Source: Deltaproteobacteria bacterium (GTDB lineage Bacteria > Myxococcota_A > Polyangia > Polyangiales > Polyangiaceae). From it: DNA of 62,033 nt. The stretch is from positions 1 to 62,033 of the forward strand of contig JACQWT010000051.1 in assembly GCA_016209145.1 (NCBI GenBank), in the 5' to 3' direction. Below are positions 1-12,792 of the stretch, piece by piece. The position numbers were made by a program, and so were the translations under genes. Each line of letters opens with the position of its first letter. The stretch's first letter is position 1. Under the pieces are notes generated by a model. The model was not told where the DNA came from. It saw only the letters and a list, made by a program, of their open reading frames with translations, and ran no database searches.

Positions 1-161
1 GCCGACCAGCTCCCGCGGGCTCGTCAGCAGCCTCTTCGCTCGGTGCCGCTAGATCTCGGCAAGCGGCGCGTTCGCTGCCGGCTCCTCGGCCGGCCGGCGC
101 CGCGCCGGCCCCGGTCGGGCGAGGCCGGCGCGTCGCCGGCCGGACAACAAGGAGGTCCCAC

Positions 162-581
162 ATGAGCTCAAACGCACCGCTTGCCACCGCCAGCCCACTC
201 CCAGCCGCCCCGATCCGTGCGCCGAGCGCGGCCTACGGAGTGAGCTTCCCCCACGAGCGACTCGACACGCACCGCGTGCTCCTGGCCGCCTACGAAGCCG
301 TCATGCGCTGGCCCGGCGTGGCCTTCTCTCGGGGCACGGCCGGCGACCAGCTCAAGCGCGCGCTCGGAAGCGCGCTCGTGCGCTACGCCGAGGGCTACTA
401 CGCGCAGGGCGGCAACCAGGCCTCGCTCTGGACGAGCGCGCGCGCCTCGTGCGGCGAGTCGGCCACGGCCGTGCTCGTGCTCGGGCTGGAGCGCCGCGTG
501 AGCGCGGCGCAGGCAGCCGAGGTCCGTGAGCTGCTCGGCCGGGCGATGTGCATGCTCTCGCGGCTTTCACGGCGAAGCTGA
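162..581 (+). CDS. Four-helix-bundle protein (23S rRNA intervening-sequence-protein-like)
   Basis: 139-aa ORF with an AAGGAGG Shine-Dalgarno at 150-156. Motifs DQLKRALGSALVRYAEG and ARASCGESATAV resemble the QLxRAxxSxxxNIAEG / GSxxE pattern of four-helix-bundle proteins. Confidence 0.5.
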   Translation: MSSNAPLATASPLPAAPIRAPSAAYGVSFPHERLDTHRVLLAAYEAVMRWPGVAFSRGTAGDQLKRALGSALVRYAEGYYAQGGNQASLWTSARASCGESATAVLVLGLERRVSAAQAAEVRELLGRAMCMLSRLSRRS

Positions 582-919
582 GTGAGTGCCCCGGCGCGGT
601 CAGGCCGCCGCGGGCGGCCTGGCTGCAACTTGCGGGCTCGGCCGGGCCCGGGCGCCGAGCAACCCTTCGGCTGACAGTGGGCCGCTCGACGCGCGGCGAC
701 CCTCGGGCGCCGGTGGCCGGCGGCTTCCCCCCGGCGAGCTGGAGCCCGCGCCCCCGCCCCCGCCAGGAGCCCGCCTCACTGGCAGCCGCCGACCGCCGAC
801 GGCTGGTCCCGGCGACTTTGCCGGGACCCTGGGCGATCTGCCAATCTCCCCGCCGATCGCGCGGATCGCTGTCCGGCGGATCGCAGGCAGGCGGGCTCGA
901 AACGGCGTATGATGGCCCT

Positions 920-1405
920 GTGCGGGCGCTGCGGATCTACCTTGACACCTCGGTCCTTGGCGGCTGCTTCGACCCGGAGTTCGAGATCTGGTCGAACGGG
1001 CTGATGGCCGATTTCCGAGCAGGCCTGCTCCGGGCCGTGCTCTCCGACGTGACTGCGGCGGAGGTGGCGCGCGCGCCGGAAACGGTACGTGGGTTGCACG
1101 CCGACCTGCTGGCCTCGGGCGCCGAGCTCGTCCCGACCACCGACGAGTGCCTGAGCTTGCTCGCCGCGTACGAGGCGCGCCGGATCCTCGCGCCGATGTT
1201 GCGCAACGACATGCTGCACATCGCGCTCGCGACCGTGGCAGACGTCGACGTGCTCGTGAGCTGGAACTTCCGCCACATTGTCCGGCTGGACAACATCCGC
1301 CTCTTCAGCGCCGTCAACATCGAGCTCGGCTACAAGCCGCTCGCCATCTACTCTCCTCAGGAGGTGTCGATCCATGGACGCGAGCCAGGCGATTCGAGCC
1401 GTTGA
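920..1405 (+). CDS. PIN-domain protein (VapC-like toxin candidate)
   Basis: C-terminal part of ORF 548..1405, with an in-frame GTG at 920. Reads LRIYLDTSVLGG ... NDMLHIALAT ... DVLVSWNFRHIV, typical of a PIN subfamily. The upstream part of the ORF is Pro/Arg-rich GC noise. Confidence 0.6.
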   Translation: MRALRIYLDTSVLGGCFDPEFEIWSNGLMADFRAGLLRAVLSDVTAAEVARAPETVRGLHADLLASGAELVPTTDECLSLLAAYEARRILAPMLRNDMLHIALATVADVDVLVSWNFRHIVRLDNIRLFSAVNIELGYKPLAIYSPQEVSIHGREPGDSSR

Positions 1406-1589
1406 GCTGGTTCGACGTATCCGCGACGAGCTCGCCACCGAGCTCGTCGGTCGCAGCCGCGAACAGCTTCTGGCGTTCTTCCGGCAGGCAGGCGACGCTG
1501 CCCTGGCAGAAGCGAAGGCGCGACGCGCACACGCACCGGCCGAGCCAACCGACCGGCAGGGGGACGGCCGGCCCGCGCGTCCGGCCTGA
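1374..1589 (+). CDS. Small hypothetical protein overlapping the PIN gene 3' end (possible cognate partner)
   Basis: In-frame ATG at 1374 within ORF 1278..1589. Helical sequence MDASQAIRAVELVRRIRDELATELVGRSREQLLAFFRQ. Overlaps the PIN gene by 32 nt. Confidence 0.35.
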   Translation: MDASQAIRAVELVRRIRDELATELVGRSREQLLAFFRQAGDAALAEAKARRAHAPAEPTDRQGDGRPARPA

Positions 1590-1875
1590 GGGCCGCCAGC
1601 CCATGGCGCCAGCGGGCGGCTGCGGCTCCCGATGAGACCCGGGCCCTCGCACGACTGTCAATCGGCTTGCTGGCGCCGCGCACGAGGACGGGCTGCCCGA
1701 AATCCTCTGCGTGTGCGAGGTCGAGAGCCTGCTCGCGCTGCGTGGCCAGTAGGGCAGCCGGCCAGCCGGCCAGCGGCCGGACGCGATCGGCCGCAAGGGG
1801 CGGGGCGTGGGTCCAGGTCGACGAGCCGATGGCTCGGGGCTCGCTTGCGGCCCTGGTGACCGCGATCGCGCCGGC

Positions 1876-2103
1876 TCAAGCCGCGAAACGGAGGATCTCG
1901 ACCTCGGCGCCGGCGCGGACCGCCGCGTCGGCCACCGAGTACACGCGCTGCGCCACCGGCTCCGTGAGGTAGAACTCGCCGCAGTTGTCGCAGATCTCGG
2001 CGGGAACGGCTTTCATGATGATGGTGGTCTGCCCGCGCTGGAGCGTGACGGTCGTCTCTCCCGGCGCCATCTCGCCGTTCTTGCAGAGCAGGCACGTTGT
2101 CAT
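1876..2103 (-). CDS. MqsA/YgiT-type zinc-finger antitoxin
   Basis: MTTCLLCKNGEMAPGETTVTLQRGQTTIIMKAVPAEICDNCGEFY has the CxxC...CxxC YgiT-type zinc finger. The ATG at 2103 overlaps the stop of the upstream DUF4258 gene (ATGA). Confidence 0.7.
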   Translation of the reverse strand: MTTCLLCKNGEMAPGETTVTLQRGQTTIIMKAVPAEICDNCGEFYLTEPVAQRVYSVADAAVRAGAEVEILRFAA

Positions 2104-2393
2104 CGCTTTCTCCTCTTGAAGCCGGGCTCCCACTTCGCCGGGTCGGGCTCGTACACGGTGATCACGTAGCACCGCCCGGTCGCATCGTCACGGGCGGCCA
2201 CGACGTGGAGCGCCCTCCCGCCGACCGTGCCGAGCAGAAGGCGGCTGGGGTGCGGCTGGTCATCCGGGTACTCGGCGATGATCTCCCCGGCGGCGACCAC
2301 CTCGCGCACCTGCCGGGGAGAGATGGCGCGCGCGAACATCCGCGCAAGGGCGTGGCCCGTGAGGATGATCTCGGTGCACTCCACCAGGTCCAC
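2100..2393 (-). CDS. DUF4258-family toxin
   Basis: C-terminal 97 aa of ORF 2100..3713, starting at GTG 2393. Reads VDLVECTEIILTGHALARMFARAISPRQVREVV...GRCYVITVYEPD, matching the DUF4258 pattern. The rest of that long ORF is antisense to the Hsp70-like gene. Confidence 0.65.
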   Translation of the reverse strand: MDLVECTEIILTGHALARMFARAISPRQVREVVAAGEIIAEYPDDQPHPSRLLLGTVGGRALHVVAARDDATGRCYVITVYEPDPAKWEPGFKRRKR

Positions 2394-2696
2394 CCTATCA
2401 GGGACGAAGCCGGAGAAGGAGTGTGAAGTCAGGGGGGACGGGCGTGGTGCCCCGCGAGGGGCCCCCACCCCGGCTCGCGCCGCTGCCAGCCGCGGCGGCG
2501 CGGCGACTCTGGCTGCGTCCTGCGGCGGCGTCGGCGCATGCGTCCCCGTATGCGACTGCGTCAGCGGATCCGACTGCGGCTGTGCCTTCGGCTGCGGTTG
2601 TCGATGTGCGTCAGCCCCACCGCAGTTTCCGGCAGTAGTGCTAGACTGGGCGTGCCCCTGGATCGGGGGCACCGCGGGTCGCCGCGGAGGTGGCGG

Positions 2697-5303
2697 TTGA
2701 GCATTGCGATAGGGGTCGACATCGGCACGGCAGGCGCGAGCGTGGCCGTGTTCCGCCAGGGCCGGGCCGAGGTTATCGCCGACGGCAGCGGCCTGAGGCG
2801 CACCCCCGCGGCGGTGGCCCTTTCCGGCGGCGTGGTGCGCGTCGGGCAGGGGGCCATGAGCCGGCTCGCCGGCGAGCCATCGACCACGGTGCGCGCGCCG
2901 AAGCGGCTGCTGGGCGGGCCACCGGTCCTGCTGGGCAAGGAGCAGCACAGCCCCGCGCGCCTGGTCGGCCTGCTGGTGGGCCAGATGGTGGCCACCGCAG
3001 AGGCCGTGACCGCAGAGCGGCCGCTCGGCATGGTCCTTGCGGCACCAGTGTGGTTTGGGCCGGAGCAGCGCCAGGCGCTCGCCGAGGCGGGGCGGCAGGC
3101 CGGCGTCGAGGTGCTCGCCCTCGTGCTCGATCCCACGGCCGTGGCCATCCGGCAGTGCGACCTGGGCGTGCAGGCGCGGCGGGCGGTGGTGGTCGATGCC
3201 GGTGCCGGCGGCATCAGTGTCGCCGTGCTCGCCATCGGCCCGCGGGCCGTACGCCTGGTCTCCGCCGCGGGCGACGATCGCGCGGGAGGCGATGCGTTCG
3301 ACGGGGCCATCGTGCGCCGCGCGATCGAGAAGCTCGGGCCGCAAGGCGGCGCGGCGGCCGGCGACCCGGTTCGGGGCGAGCTGCTGCGGCAACGCTGCGA
3401 GGAGATCAAACGCGAGCTGAGCGATTTGGATGCCACGAGCATGCCGCTTCCCTTCCTGCCGCCCTGCGCCGACGGCTCGCCGCCCTCGCTGGCGATGACG
3501 CGTGCCGAGCTGCAAGCGCTGCTCGGCGACTTGCTGCCGCGCACGGCCTTGTGCTGCGAGCGCGCGCTGCGCGACGCGGGCACGAGCAAGCAGGAGATCG
3601 ACGCGCTGCTCGTCACGGGCGGCATGGCGCACGTGCCTGAGCTCCGGCGCGCTATCGAGCTGGTGTGCGGGGGAGCCAAGGCGCAGCTCCAGCCGGCCGG
3701 CGCTCTCGCCCACGGAGCGGCGCTGCTCGCCGGCGCCCTGAGCGGCCTGGACGAGGAGCTACTCGCCGACGAAGGCGCGAGCGGGGGAGCCCAATCCCGT
3801 CGGACGTCGAGCCGCCCGGCCGCGCCCGCCCCGGTGCCCAGCCGCCCGGCCATCCCCGCCCCGGTGCCCAGCCGCCCGGCCATCCCCGCCCCGGTGCCCA
3901 GCCGCCCCGCCGCATCCGCCGCGGCACCCAGCCGCCCCGCCGCTCTCGCCCCGGCACCCAGCCGCCCCGCCGCTCTCGCCCCGGCACCGAGCGCCCCAGC
4001 CGCGCCGGTTCCCACGCCGCCCGTGGCGGCGGCGGCCGCCCCGCCTGCCGCGCCCGCGCCGCCCGGTAGTGCCCCCGGTCCGGCCTGGCTCGAGTCGGGC
4101 CTGGCCTTGCCGGCCGAATGGGCCGGCGTCCCCCCTGCCCCGCGCTCGCAGCCCAGCCTCCCGCCCGTGCCCGAGCGCGGCACGATCCGCAACCCGTCGG
4201 ACGCGGCTTCGCTGCTGGGGCTCCCGCTGTCTCGGCCGCCCACCGCCGCCGAGCTCGAGCCCGTGGCGCTGGCGGTGCTCCTGGCGCGCCTGCTGCGCCG
4301 CCGCGCCGTCACCGGACAGCTCGAGATCAAGCGGGGCGAGCGCAGCGTCGAGCTGCGCGTGCTGGCCGGCCGGGGACTCATCGACAAGAGGGAACGCGAC
4401 AGCCTGCTCGATGCCTTCGGCTGGCCCGAGGCGAGCTACCTGTTCAAGGCGCAGGAACCGCGGGGCATGGGCGCCGAGTCGATTGGCCTGCTCGGGCTGG
4501 CTGCCGAGGGACTGCGCGTCCAGCTCCGCGGCCTCGGGGCCGAGGAGCTGGAGAAGGAGCTCGGCGAGCTGCTCGATCTCGCGCCGAGCGTGGACCACGA
4601 GCGGATCGGAGTGCTGCGGCAGCTCGGCCTGAACCAGCGCGACATGCGCTTCGTGGACTTCGCCCTGGACGGCTCGGCCAGCGGCCGGCACGTCGTCTTG
4701 CACGGCGGCATAGCCCGGCGCACTGCTCTGCAGGTTCTGGGCCTGCTCCAACTCTTCGCCTGCCTGCGCTGGAAGCCCGTCGTCGTGAAGGAAGACCTCG
4801 TGGGCGAGCTGGCACGCCGCTGCGGGCGGACGCTGCGCGCCAATCACTTCGAGGCCCTCGGCGTGCACTGGAGCGCCGGCACCGACGACGTCGAGAATGC
4901 CTACCGCCGTCTTGCCGAGCAGCTCGCCCCGGGCGGCCCATGGAGCGAAGCGGCCCCGGAGGCATGCCGCCAGATGCGCGAGCGGGCGGAGGCCGCCTAC
5001 GCCGTGCTGCGCGACCCGAAGGCCCGCATCGCGTACCGCCGCAAGGCCCACCCGGACATCGACTTCCACGCCATCGACGACCTGCTGGATCAGAAGGCCA
5101 AGGCGCTGGCGATGCGGCAGGCCGACCGCGAGGCCGAAGAGGAGACGCAACGGCGCGAGGAGCTGCGGGCTTCCTGGCACGGGCCCGAGCCACGCAGCCG
5201 GAGCTCGCGCCCGGGCGCCCGCGACAGCGAGCAGCCGTCGCCCTCGACGCGGCCGCCGGCGCCGTCCGCCGGGCCGCACGGCACCGGCGCGGGGAAGCGC
5301 TAG
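2697..5303 (+). CDS. Hsp70-like ATPase fused to a Pro-rich repeat linker, a DUF4388-like region and a C-terminal J-like domain lacking HPD
   Basis: IGVDIGTAGASVAVF...TPAAVA, VVVDAGAGGISVAVL and LLVTGGMAHVPELR are actin/Hsp70 nucleotide-binding motifs. The C-terminus has NHFEALGV...ENAYRRLAEQLAPGG...AYAVLRDPKARIAYRR, which is J-domain-like with APG where HPD is expected. Probable TTG start at 2697. Confidence 0.7.
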   Translation: MSIAIGVDIGTAGASVAVFRQGRAEVIADGSGLRRTPAAVALSGGVVRVGQGAMSRLAGEPSTTVRAPKRLLGGPPVLLGKEQHSPARLVGLLVGQMVATAEAVTAERPLGMVLAAPVWFGPEQRQALAEAGRQAGVEVLALVLDPTAVAIRQCDLGVQARRAVVVDAGAGGISVAVLAIGPRAVRLVSAAGDDRAGGDAFDGAIVRRAIEKLGPQGGAAAGDPVRGELLRQRCEEIKRELSDLDATSMPLPFLPPCADGSPPSLAMTRAELQALLGDLLPRTALCCERALRDAGTSKQEIDALLVTGGMAHVPELRRAIELVCGGAKAQLQPAGALAHGAALLAGALSGLDEELLADEGASGGAQSRRTSSRPAAPAPVPSRPAIPAPVPSRPAIPAPVPSRPAASAAAPSRPAALAPAPSRPAALAPAPSAPAAPVPTPPVAAAAAPPAAPAPPGSAPGPAWLESGLALPAEWAGVPPAPRSQPSLPPVPERGTIRNPSDAASLLGLPLSRPPTAAELEPVALAVLLARLLRRRAVTGQLEIKRGERSVELRVLAGRGLIDKRERDSLLDAFGWPEASYLFKAQEPRGMGAESIGLLGLAAEGLRVQLRGLGAEELEKELGELLDLAPSVDHERIGVLRQLGLNQRDMRFVDFALDGSASGRHVVLHGGIARRTALQVLGLLQLFACLRWKPVVVKEDLVGELARRCGRTLRANHFEALGVHWSAGTDDVENAYRRLAEQLAPGGPWSEAAPEACRQMRERAEAAYAVLRDPKARIAYRRKAHPDIDFHAIDDLLDQKAKALAMRQADREAEEETQRREELRASWHGPEPRSRSSRPGARDSEQPSPSTRPPAPSAGPHGTGAGKR
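3811..3990 (+). repeat. Six tandem 30-bp in-frame repeats (PAPVPSRPAI-type decapeptides) inside the Hsp70-like gene
   Basis: Units start at 3811, 3841, 3871, 3901, 3931 and 3961 (gccgcccggccatccccgccccggtgccca and variants). Confidence 0.9.
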
Positions 5304-5551
5304 TGGGCCGTCCCGCAAGTCCCGCGGATAAGGGGCGGGACGGCCCACTTCGCGGGGAAGGCCACGCCGCTTGCAATTGCGGCCTTCGGCCGCGCAAGCG
5401 GCGTGCCCTCCCCGCGGGCCCTACCGGGGGAGGCGGGGCGCCGCCTCCCACGGCCCCCCACCCGCGTGGCGCGTCCCGGCAATTTCTCCGCACGACTTGT
5501 GGGACGCGCCACTAGCGCGGCGGCCGGCCGTGCTAGGATGGGCCTTTGGCC

Positions 5552-8542
<2,991 letters not shown>

Positions 8543-10318
8543 GCCGGCGCGGGCCAAAGGCCGTGGGATCGGCCGCGTCGGCGTCCATGAGCTGGGTAGG
8601 CGTGTCCCGGCCGAAGTCGTCGGGATGCCCGGGATCGTCGAGCAGCACGTGCCCGAGCTCGTGCGGCACGGTGAACGAGGCGCGGCCCGCGTGCAGCCCG
8701 GCGCGGTCGACCAGCACGACGTTGCGCAGGGCGCCGCGGTCGGCGCCGATGAACGACTCGCCGATGCGCCCGCCGCGGCTGAAGCCCGGGAGCACGAGCA
8801 CGTCGATGGTGCGCGGATCGCCGTCGTCGTAGGCCCTGATGAGCGTGCGCTCCTCCACCGTCCCCACGACGGCATCGATGTCGCCGAAGTGGTCGAGCCC
8901 ATCGTCGAGGTTCACGTGGCCGATGCAGACGCCCATGCTCTCGTCGCTGGACAGGGGCCCGTGCGCCGGCGGCTCGATCGCGACGAGCTCGCCGCCGGAC
9001 CGCCGCACGGAGATGTCCGTGGAGCCGTGGGCGCCGGCCGAGGAGCGCGGGTTGTCCGAGACGAGGGCCGCGAGCCCGGCCCGGCGAACGGCCGCCGCCA
9101 CCAGCCGCGCCGCTTCCTGGGGCAGTGCGCCGGCCGGGACCCACGCCTGGATCGGCCGCTCGCCCGCGCGAAACCGCACCAGGCCGCCGCTCGCGGGCGC
9201 GCCGTCGCCGCAGCCCAGCACCAGCAGGTGCGCGGGCGGCGGGGCGACGATCTGCACCGCTGCCTCGGCCGGCGGCCCGAAGCTGACGCCGCAGGCGCCC
9301 CAGAGGGCATTTGCCCGCGCGATCTCGGCGCGCGCCAGCGCGATGGCGCCGGGCTCGTCGCCGCCCAAGGGGACCGCCCCGCCCGGCGCCAGGCGCACGA
9401 GCAGCAGGCGCATGGTGGCGCGGTAGCGCCGGATCGGCCCCAGGGCGGAGCGCCGCGGGCCGCCCACCCGGATCGCTTGCAGCTCCCGGCCCTGCGGGCC
9501 GAGGAGCACGAGCGCGCCGCCCAGCTCGGCCAACACCGAGCGGCTCGCCACGAGCGGGTGCTGGGCATCGACCGGATCGGCCACGGCGCGGATGGGCGCG
9601 CTCCCGACGCAGATCTGACTCGCGGGCACGGGAGCCGGGCACGGCGCGGGCAAGAGCGGGACGCGCGAGAGCTCGCCGAGAAGCTCGCCCGCGGCCGAGA
9701 GCGAGCGAATGGCGAGCGCCTCCGGCAGCGCGCCTGGCTCGCCGGCGAGGACGTAGCGCAGCGCATCCGGATCCGCGCCTGCCCCGCCGGCGGCGTTGCC
9801 GTCGTCCCGGGGCACAGTGCGCTCGAGGCTGGCGTGCGAAGCCGTCAGATCCACGGCCTGCCCCGAGCCGTCCACGGCCCACACCGAGAGCGCCGACACG
9901 CTCGTCGTCCGGCCGCCCACCCGCACCGTGGCGGGGCCGGAGCCGGTGGCTTGCAGCTCGAGCCGCGCCGTCCCGGGCGGCACGAGCCGTCCGGAAGCGA
10001 GCGGCCGGCCATCGGCGAGCACGCGCACCGGCGCGCCGGGCGGCAGCTCGATCCGCGCCGCATGCCGTGGCAGATCGAGCCGCAGCAGCTCGGCGCTCGG
10101 CGGCACGAACGCCTGCCGGGCGTCGGCGACGCCGTCGGCGTCGTCGTCGTTCCAGTCGGCGCCGAGCACGGGATCCGCGGCCCGGCCGCGCGACGCCCCG
10201 CCGACAACGGCGCCCGCGAGCGCCGCGGCGAGCAGGCGGGCGGCGAGATGCGTCCGGCGCGTCACAATGCTGCCAGCGTAGCGCAGCCCGGGCGGGCGTG
10301 CGCTAGCATCTGCGGGCG

Positions 10319-11242
10319 ATGGACACGGTGCGCTGCGCCACGCTGCTGCTCTCGTGGCTGTTCGGAGCCGCGGCTTGTCGGACGGAGGGATCCACGACTC
10401 CCCCCGTGCCGGCCGCCACGCCCCAGGCCGTCGCCACGGCCGCGCCGTCGGCCAGCTCCGTCGCTGCCTCCTCCTGCGGCGCGCTCGGCTGCCGGCTCTA
10501 CGAGTCTCCGGTCGCTGCCTTCGCCGCCGTGCTAGGCACGCAGCCACGCATTCTCGCCGTGGGCGAGGCCCACGCGCCGCAGGGGAGCGAGGCCGTACTC
10601 TCGGCCACCAGCCGCTTCGCGCACGCGCTCTTGCCGCTGCTGCGGGGCCGCATGAGCGATCTCGTCCTGGAGCTCGCCGTGGCCGACGGAAGCTGCGGCG
10701 CGCGGGAACGCCAGGTCGCCGCCGCCCAGAAGCCGGTCACGGCGCGCCAGGCGTCCACCAACCAGGACGAGCTCGTGGCCCTGCGCCGCCGTGCCACCGA
10801 GCTCGGCGCTCGCGCGCACCTGCTGCGGCCGAGCTGCGCCGACTACGCCGAGGTTGCCCGCGCCGGACCCGACGCCATCCCGCGAATGCTCGAGCTCGTC
10901 GCGCGCCTCACGGCGACTCGCGTGAGGGCCCTGCTCAGCGCCGCGCCCTCCTCCTCCGACCGCATGGTCGTGACCTACGGCGGCGCGATGCACAACGATC
11001 TCGTTCCGCGCCCAGGCCGGGAGAAATGGAGCTTCGGCCCCGAGCGGTCCGCGCGCACCTCCGGCCGCTACGTCGAGCTCGATCTCGTGGTGCCGGAGTA
11101 CGTGCGCGACAACGACTCGTGGCGAGCGCTGGAGTGGTACCCGTACTTCAGTCCGGCGGCGCACCCCGGCAAGACCTTGCTCTTCAACCCGCGGCCCGGA
11201 TCGTACGTGCTGATCTTCCCGCGCGACGGCGTGCAGCGCTGA
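10319..11242 (+). CDS. Hypothetical lipoprotein (weak ChaN/Tiki-like GEAH...GGAMH motifs)
   Basis: Lipobox LLSWLFGAAAC at the N-terminus. ILAVGEAHAP and TYGGAMHNDL motifs. Divergent from the protease gene. Confidence 0.45.
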   Translation: MDTVRCATLLLSWLFGAAACRTEGSTTPPVPAATPQAVATAAPSASSVAASSCGALGCRLYESPVAAFAAVLGTQPRILAVGEAHAPQGSEAVLSATSRFAHALLPLLRGRMSDLVLELAVADGSCGARERQVAAAQKPVTARQASTNQDELVALRRRATELGARAHLLRPSCADYAEVARAGPDAIPRMLELVARLTATRVRALLSAAPSSSDRMVVTYGGAMHNDLVPRPGREKWSFGPERSARTSGRYVELDLVVPEYVRDNDSWRALEWYPYFSPAAHPGKTLLFNPRPGSYVLIFPRDGVQR

Positions 11243-11306
11243 CCCCCGACTCGGTCTTGCGCCGCGCCCCGATCGCCTCCACACTTCCGCGCGAGGGAGG
11301 CAGCCC

Positions 11307-12455
11307 ATGACCGACGCGATGTTCACGCTGGAGAACCCCACCGAGGAGCACGCGCTGCTGCGCCGCACGGTGCGCGACTTCGCCCAGAGCGAGATCGATC
11401 CGCAGGCCGACGCGCACGACCGCAGCGGCGAGCTCAACAAGGCGCTCCTGCGCCGCTGCGGCGAGCTCGGCCTGCTCGGCGTCACCGTGCCCGCCGAGTG
11501 GGGCGGCGGCGGGCTCGACGTGCTCGGCTCGGTGCTCGTGCACCACGAGATCGCCAAGAGCGATCCGGGCTTCGGGCTCGCCTACCTGGCGCACGCCGTG
11601 CTGTTCGTCAACAACTTCTTCTACGCGGCGAACGACGAGCAGCGCCGGCGCTACCTTGACAAGACCCTGACGGGCGAGCACGTGGCCTGCATGTGCATGA
11701 CCGAGCCGGACTACGGCACGGACGGCATGCAGACGAGCGCCCGCCGCGACGGCGACCACTACGTCCTGAGCGGTCGCAAGGCACTCATCACCAACGCGCC
11801 CGACGCCCACCTCTTCCTCGTCTATGCCAAGGTGGGCGGGCGCATCAGCGCCTTCGTCGCCGAGCGCGGCATGCCGGGCCTGTCGACCCCGCCCCGGACG
11901 CACAAGATGGGCATGCGGGCGAGCACCCTGGGCGAGGTCGTGCTCGACGACTGCATCGTGCCGCGCGAGAACCTGCTCGGCGAGGAGGGCGGGGGCGTGG
12001 TGCACATGATGCGCAATCTCGAGGCCGAGCGGCTGACCCTGGCGGCGCTGAGCTTAGGCATCGCGGACCGCTGTCTGGACGTGATGATCCGCTACGCCGC
12101 CGAGCGGAAGGCATTCGGCAAGCCCATCGCCGAGTTCGGCCAGATCCAGCGCTACGTCGCCGACAGCTTCGCCAAGACCGAGGCCGCCCGCACGCTCATC
12201 TACACCGTGGCCCGAGACGTGAGCGCCACGGAGCGCAACCGCATCGGCACCGATGCCGCCAAGCTGTTCGCCGCGCCCGTGGGCAAGGAGGTGGCGGACA
12301 ACGCCATGCAGGTGCTGGGCGGCTGGGGCTACTGCGACGAGTACAAGGTCGAGCGCTTCCTGCGCGACGCCAAGCTGCTGGAAATCGGCGGCGGCACGAT
12401 CGAGGCGCACCAGAAGAACCTGACGCGCGATCTGGTGAAGCGCCTGGGCGCATAG
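11307..12455 (+). CDS. Acyl-CoA dehydrogenase (isovaleryl-CoA dehydrogenase-like)
   Basis: 382 aa with a GGGAGG RBS before ATG 11307. EEHALLRRTVRDFAQSEIDP..., CMCMTEPDYGTDG, and the YCDEYKVERFLRDAKLLEIGGGTIEAH C-terminal signature. Confidence 0.9.
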   Translation: MTDAMFTLENPTEEHALLRRTVRDFAQSEIDPQADAHDRSGELNKALLRRCGELGLLGVTVPAEWGGGGLDVLGSVLVHHEIAKSDPGFGLAYLAHAVLFVNNFFYAANDEQRRRYLDKTLTGEHVACMCMTEPDYGTDGMQTSARRDGDHYVLSGRKALITNAPDAHLFLVYAKVGGRISAFVAERGMPGLSTPPRTHKMGMRASTLGEVVLDDCIVPRENLLGEEGGGVVHMMRNLEAERLTLAALSLGIADRCLDVMIRYAAERKAFGKPIAEFGQIQRYVADSFAKTEAARTLIYTVARDVSATERNRIGTDAAKLFAAPVGKEVADNAMQVLGGWGYCDEYKVERFLRDAKLLEIGGGTIEAHQKNLTRDLVKRLGA

Positions 12456-12479
12456 CCCCGCTAGGGGCGAGGGAGCCTC

Positions 12480-12508
12480 TTGACCAGTATCATACAAGAA
12501 TGTAGATT
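12480..12508 (+). promoter_or_regulatory. Near-consensus sigma-70-type promoter with an embedded 9-bp palindrome upstream of the RHH-GNAT pair
   Basis: TTGACC (12480-12485), a 17-nt spacer, then TAGATT (12503-12508). GTATCATAC palindrome lies in the spacer. GGAAG RBS sits 5 nt before ATG 12526. This is a locally AT-rich island in a 70% GC genome. Confidence 0.5.
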
Positions 12509-12525
12509 CCTCATTGGAAGTCGCG

Positions 12526-12792
12526 ATGGCCAAGGGCACCCAGATTTCGGCGCTGATCTCGGAGACGACGCGCCAGCTCATGGACAAGCACGTCCGCCAC
12601 AACGGCGTCAAGAAGGGCCATCTGATCGAGCAGGCGCTCCTGCACCACCTTCAGGCGCTCGACGAGCTGCCGGCGGAGCTCATCATCCACCCGCGCATCG
12701 TCGTGTCGCGCAAGACTGGTGAAGAGATGCTCCGTCAGGCCGAGGCCGGACCGACGCCTGCCCTGCGCGAGCTGATGCGCGATGGAGATTAG
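12526..12792 (+). CDS. Ribbon-helix-helix-type antitoxin of a GNAT toxin module (TacA-like role)
   Basis: MAKGTQISALISETTRQLMDKHVRHNGVKKGHLIEQALLHHL. Overlaps the downstream GNAT gene by 11 nt. Confidence 0.55.
   Translation: MAKGTQISALISETTRQLMDKHVRHNGVKKGHLIEQALLHHLQALDELPAELIIHPRIVVSRKTGEEMLRQAEAGPTPALRELMRDGD

Noticed and set aside
3811-3990. Regularly spaced 30-bp repeats, and the 21-bp repeats at 55583-55672, considered as possible CRISPR arrays.
   Set aside because: The repeats are head-to-tail without spacers, in frame within coding sequences (proline-rich and heptad repeats), and no cas genes are present.
2561-5348. Very long minus-strand ORFs (2561..4387, 3759..5348, and the N-terminal 440 aa of 2100..3713) overlapping the Hsp70-like gene.
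   Set aside because: Their composition is extreme Arg/Pro/Gly/Ala without motifs, as expected for antisense frames in 70% GC DNA. The plus-strand frame carries recognisable Hsp70 and J-like motifs.
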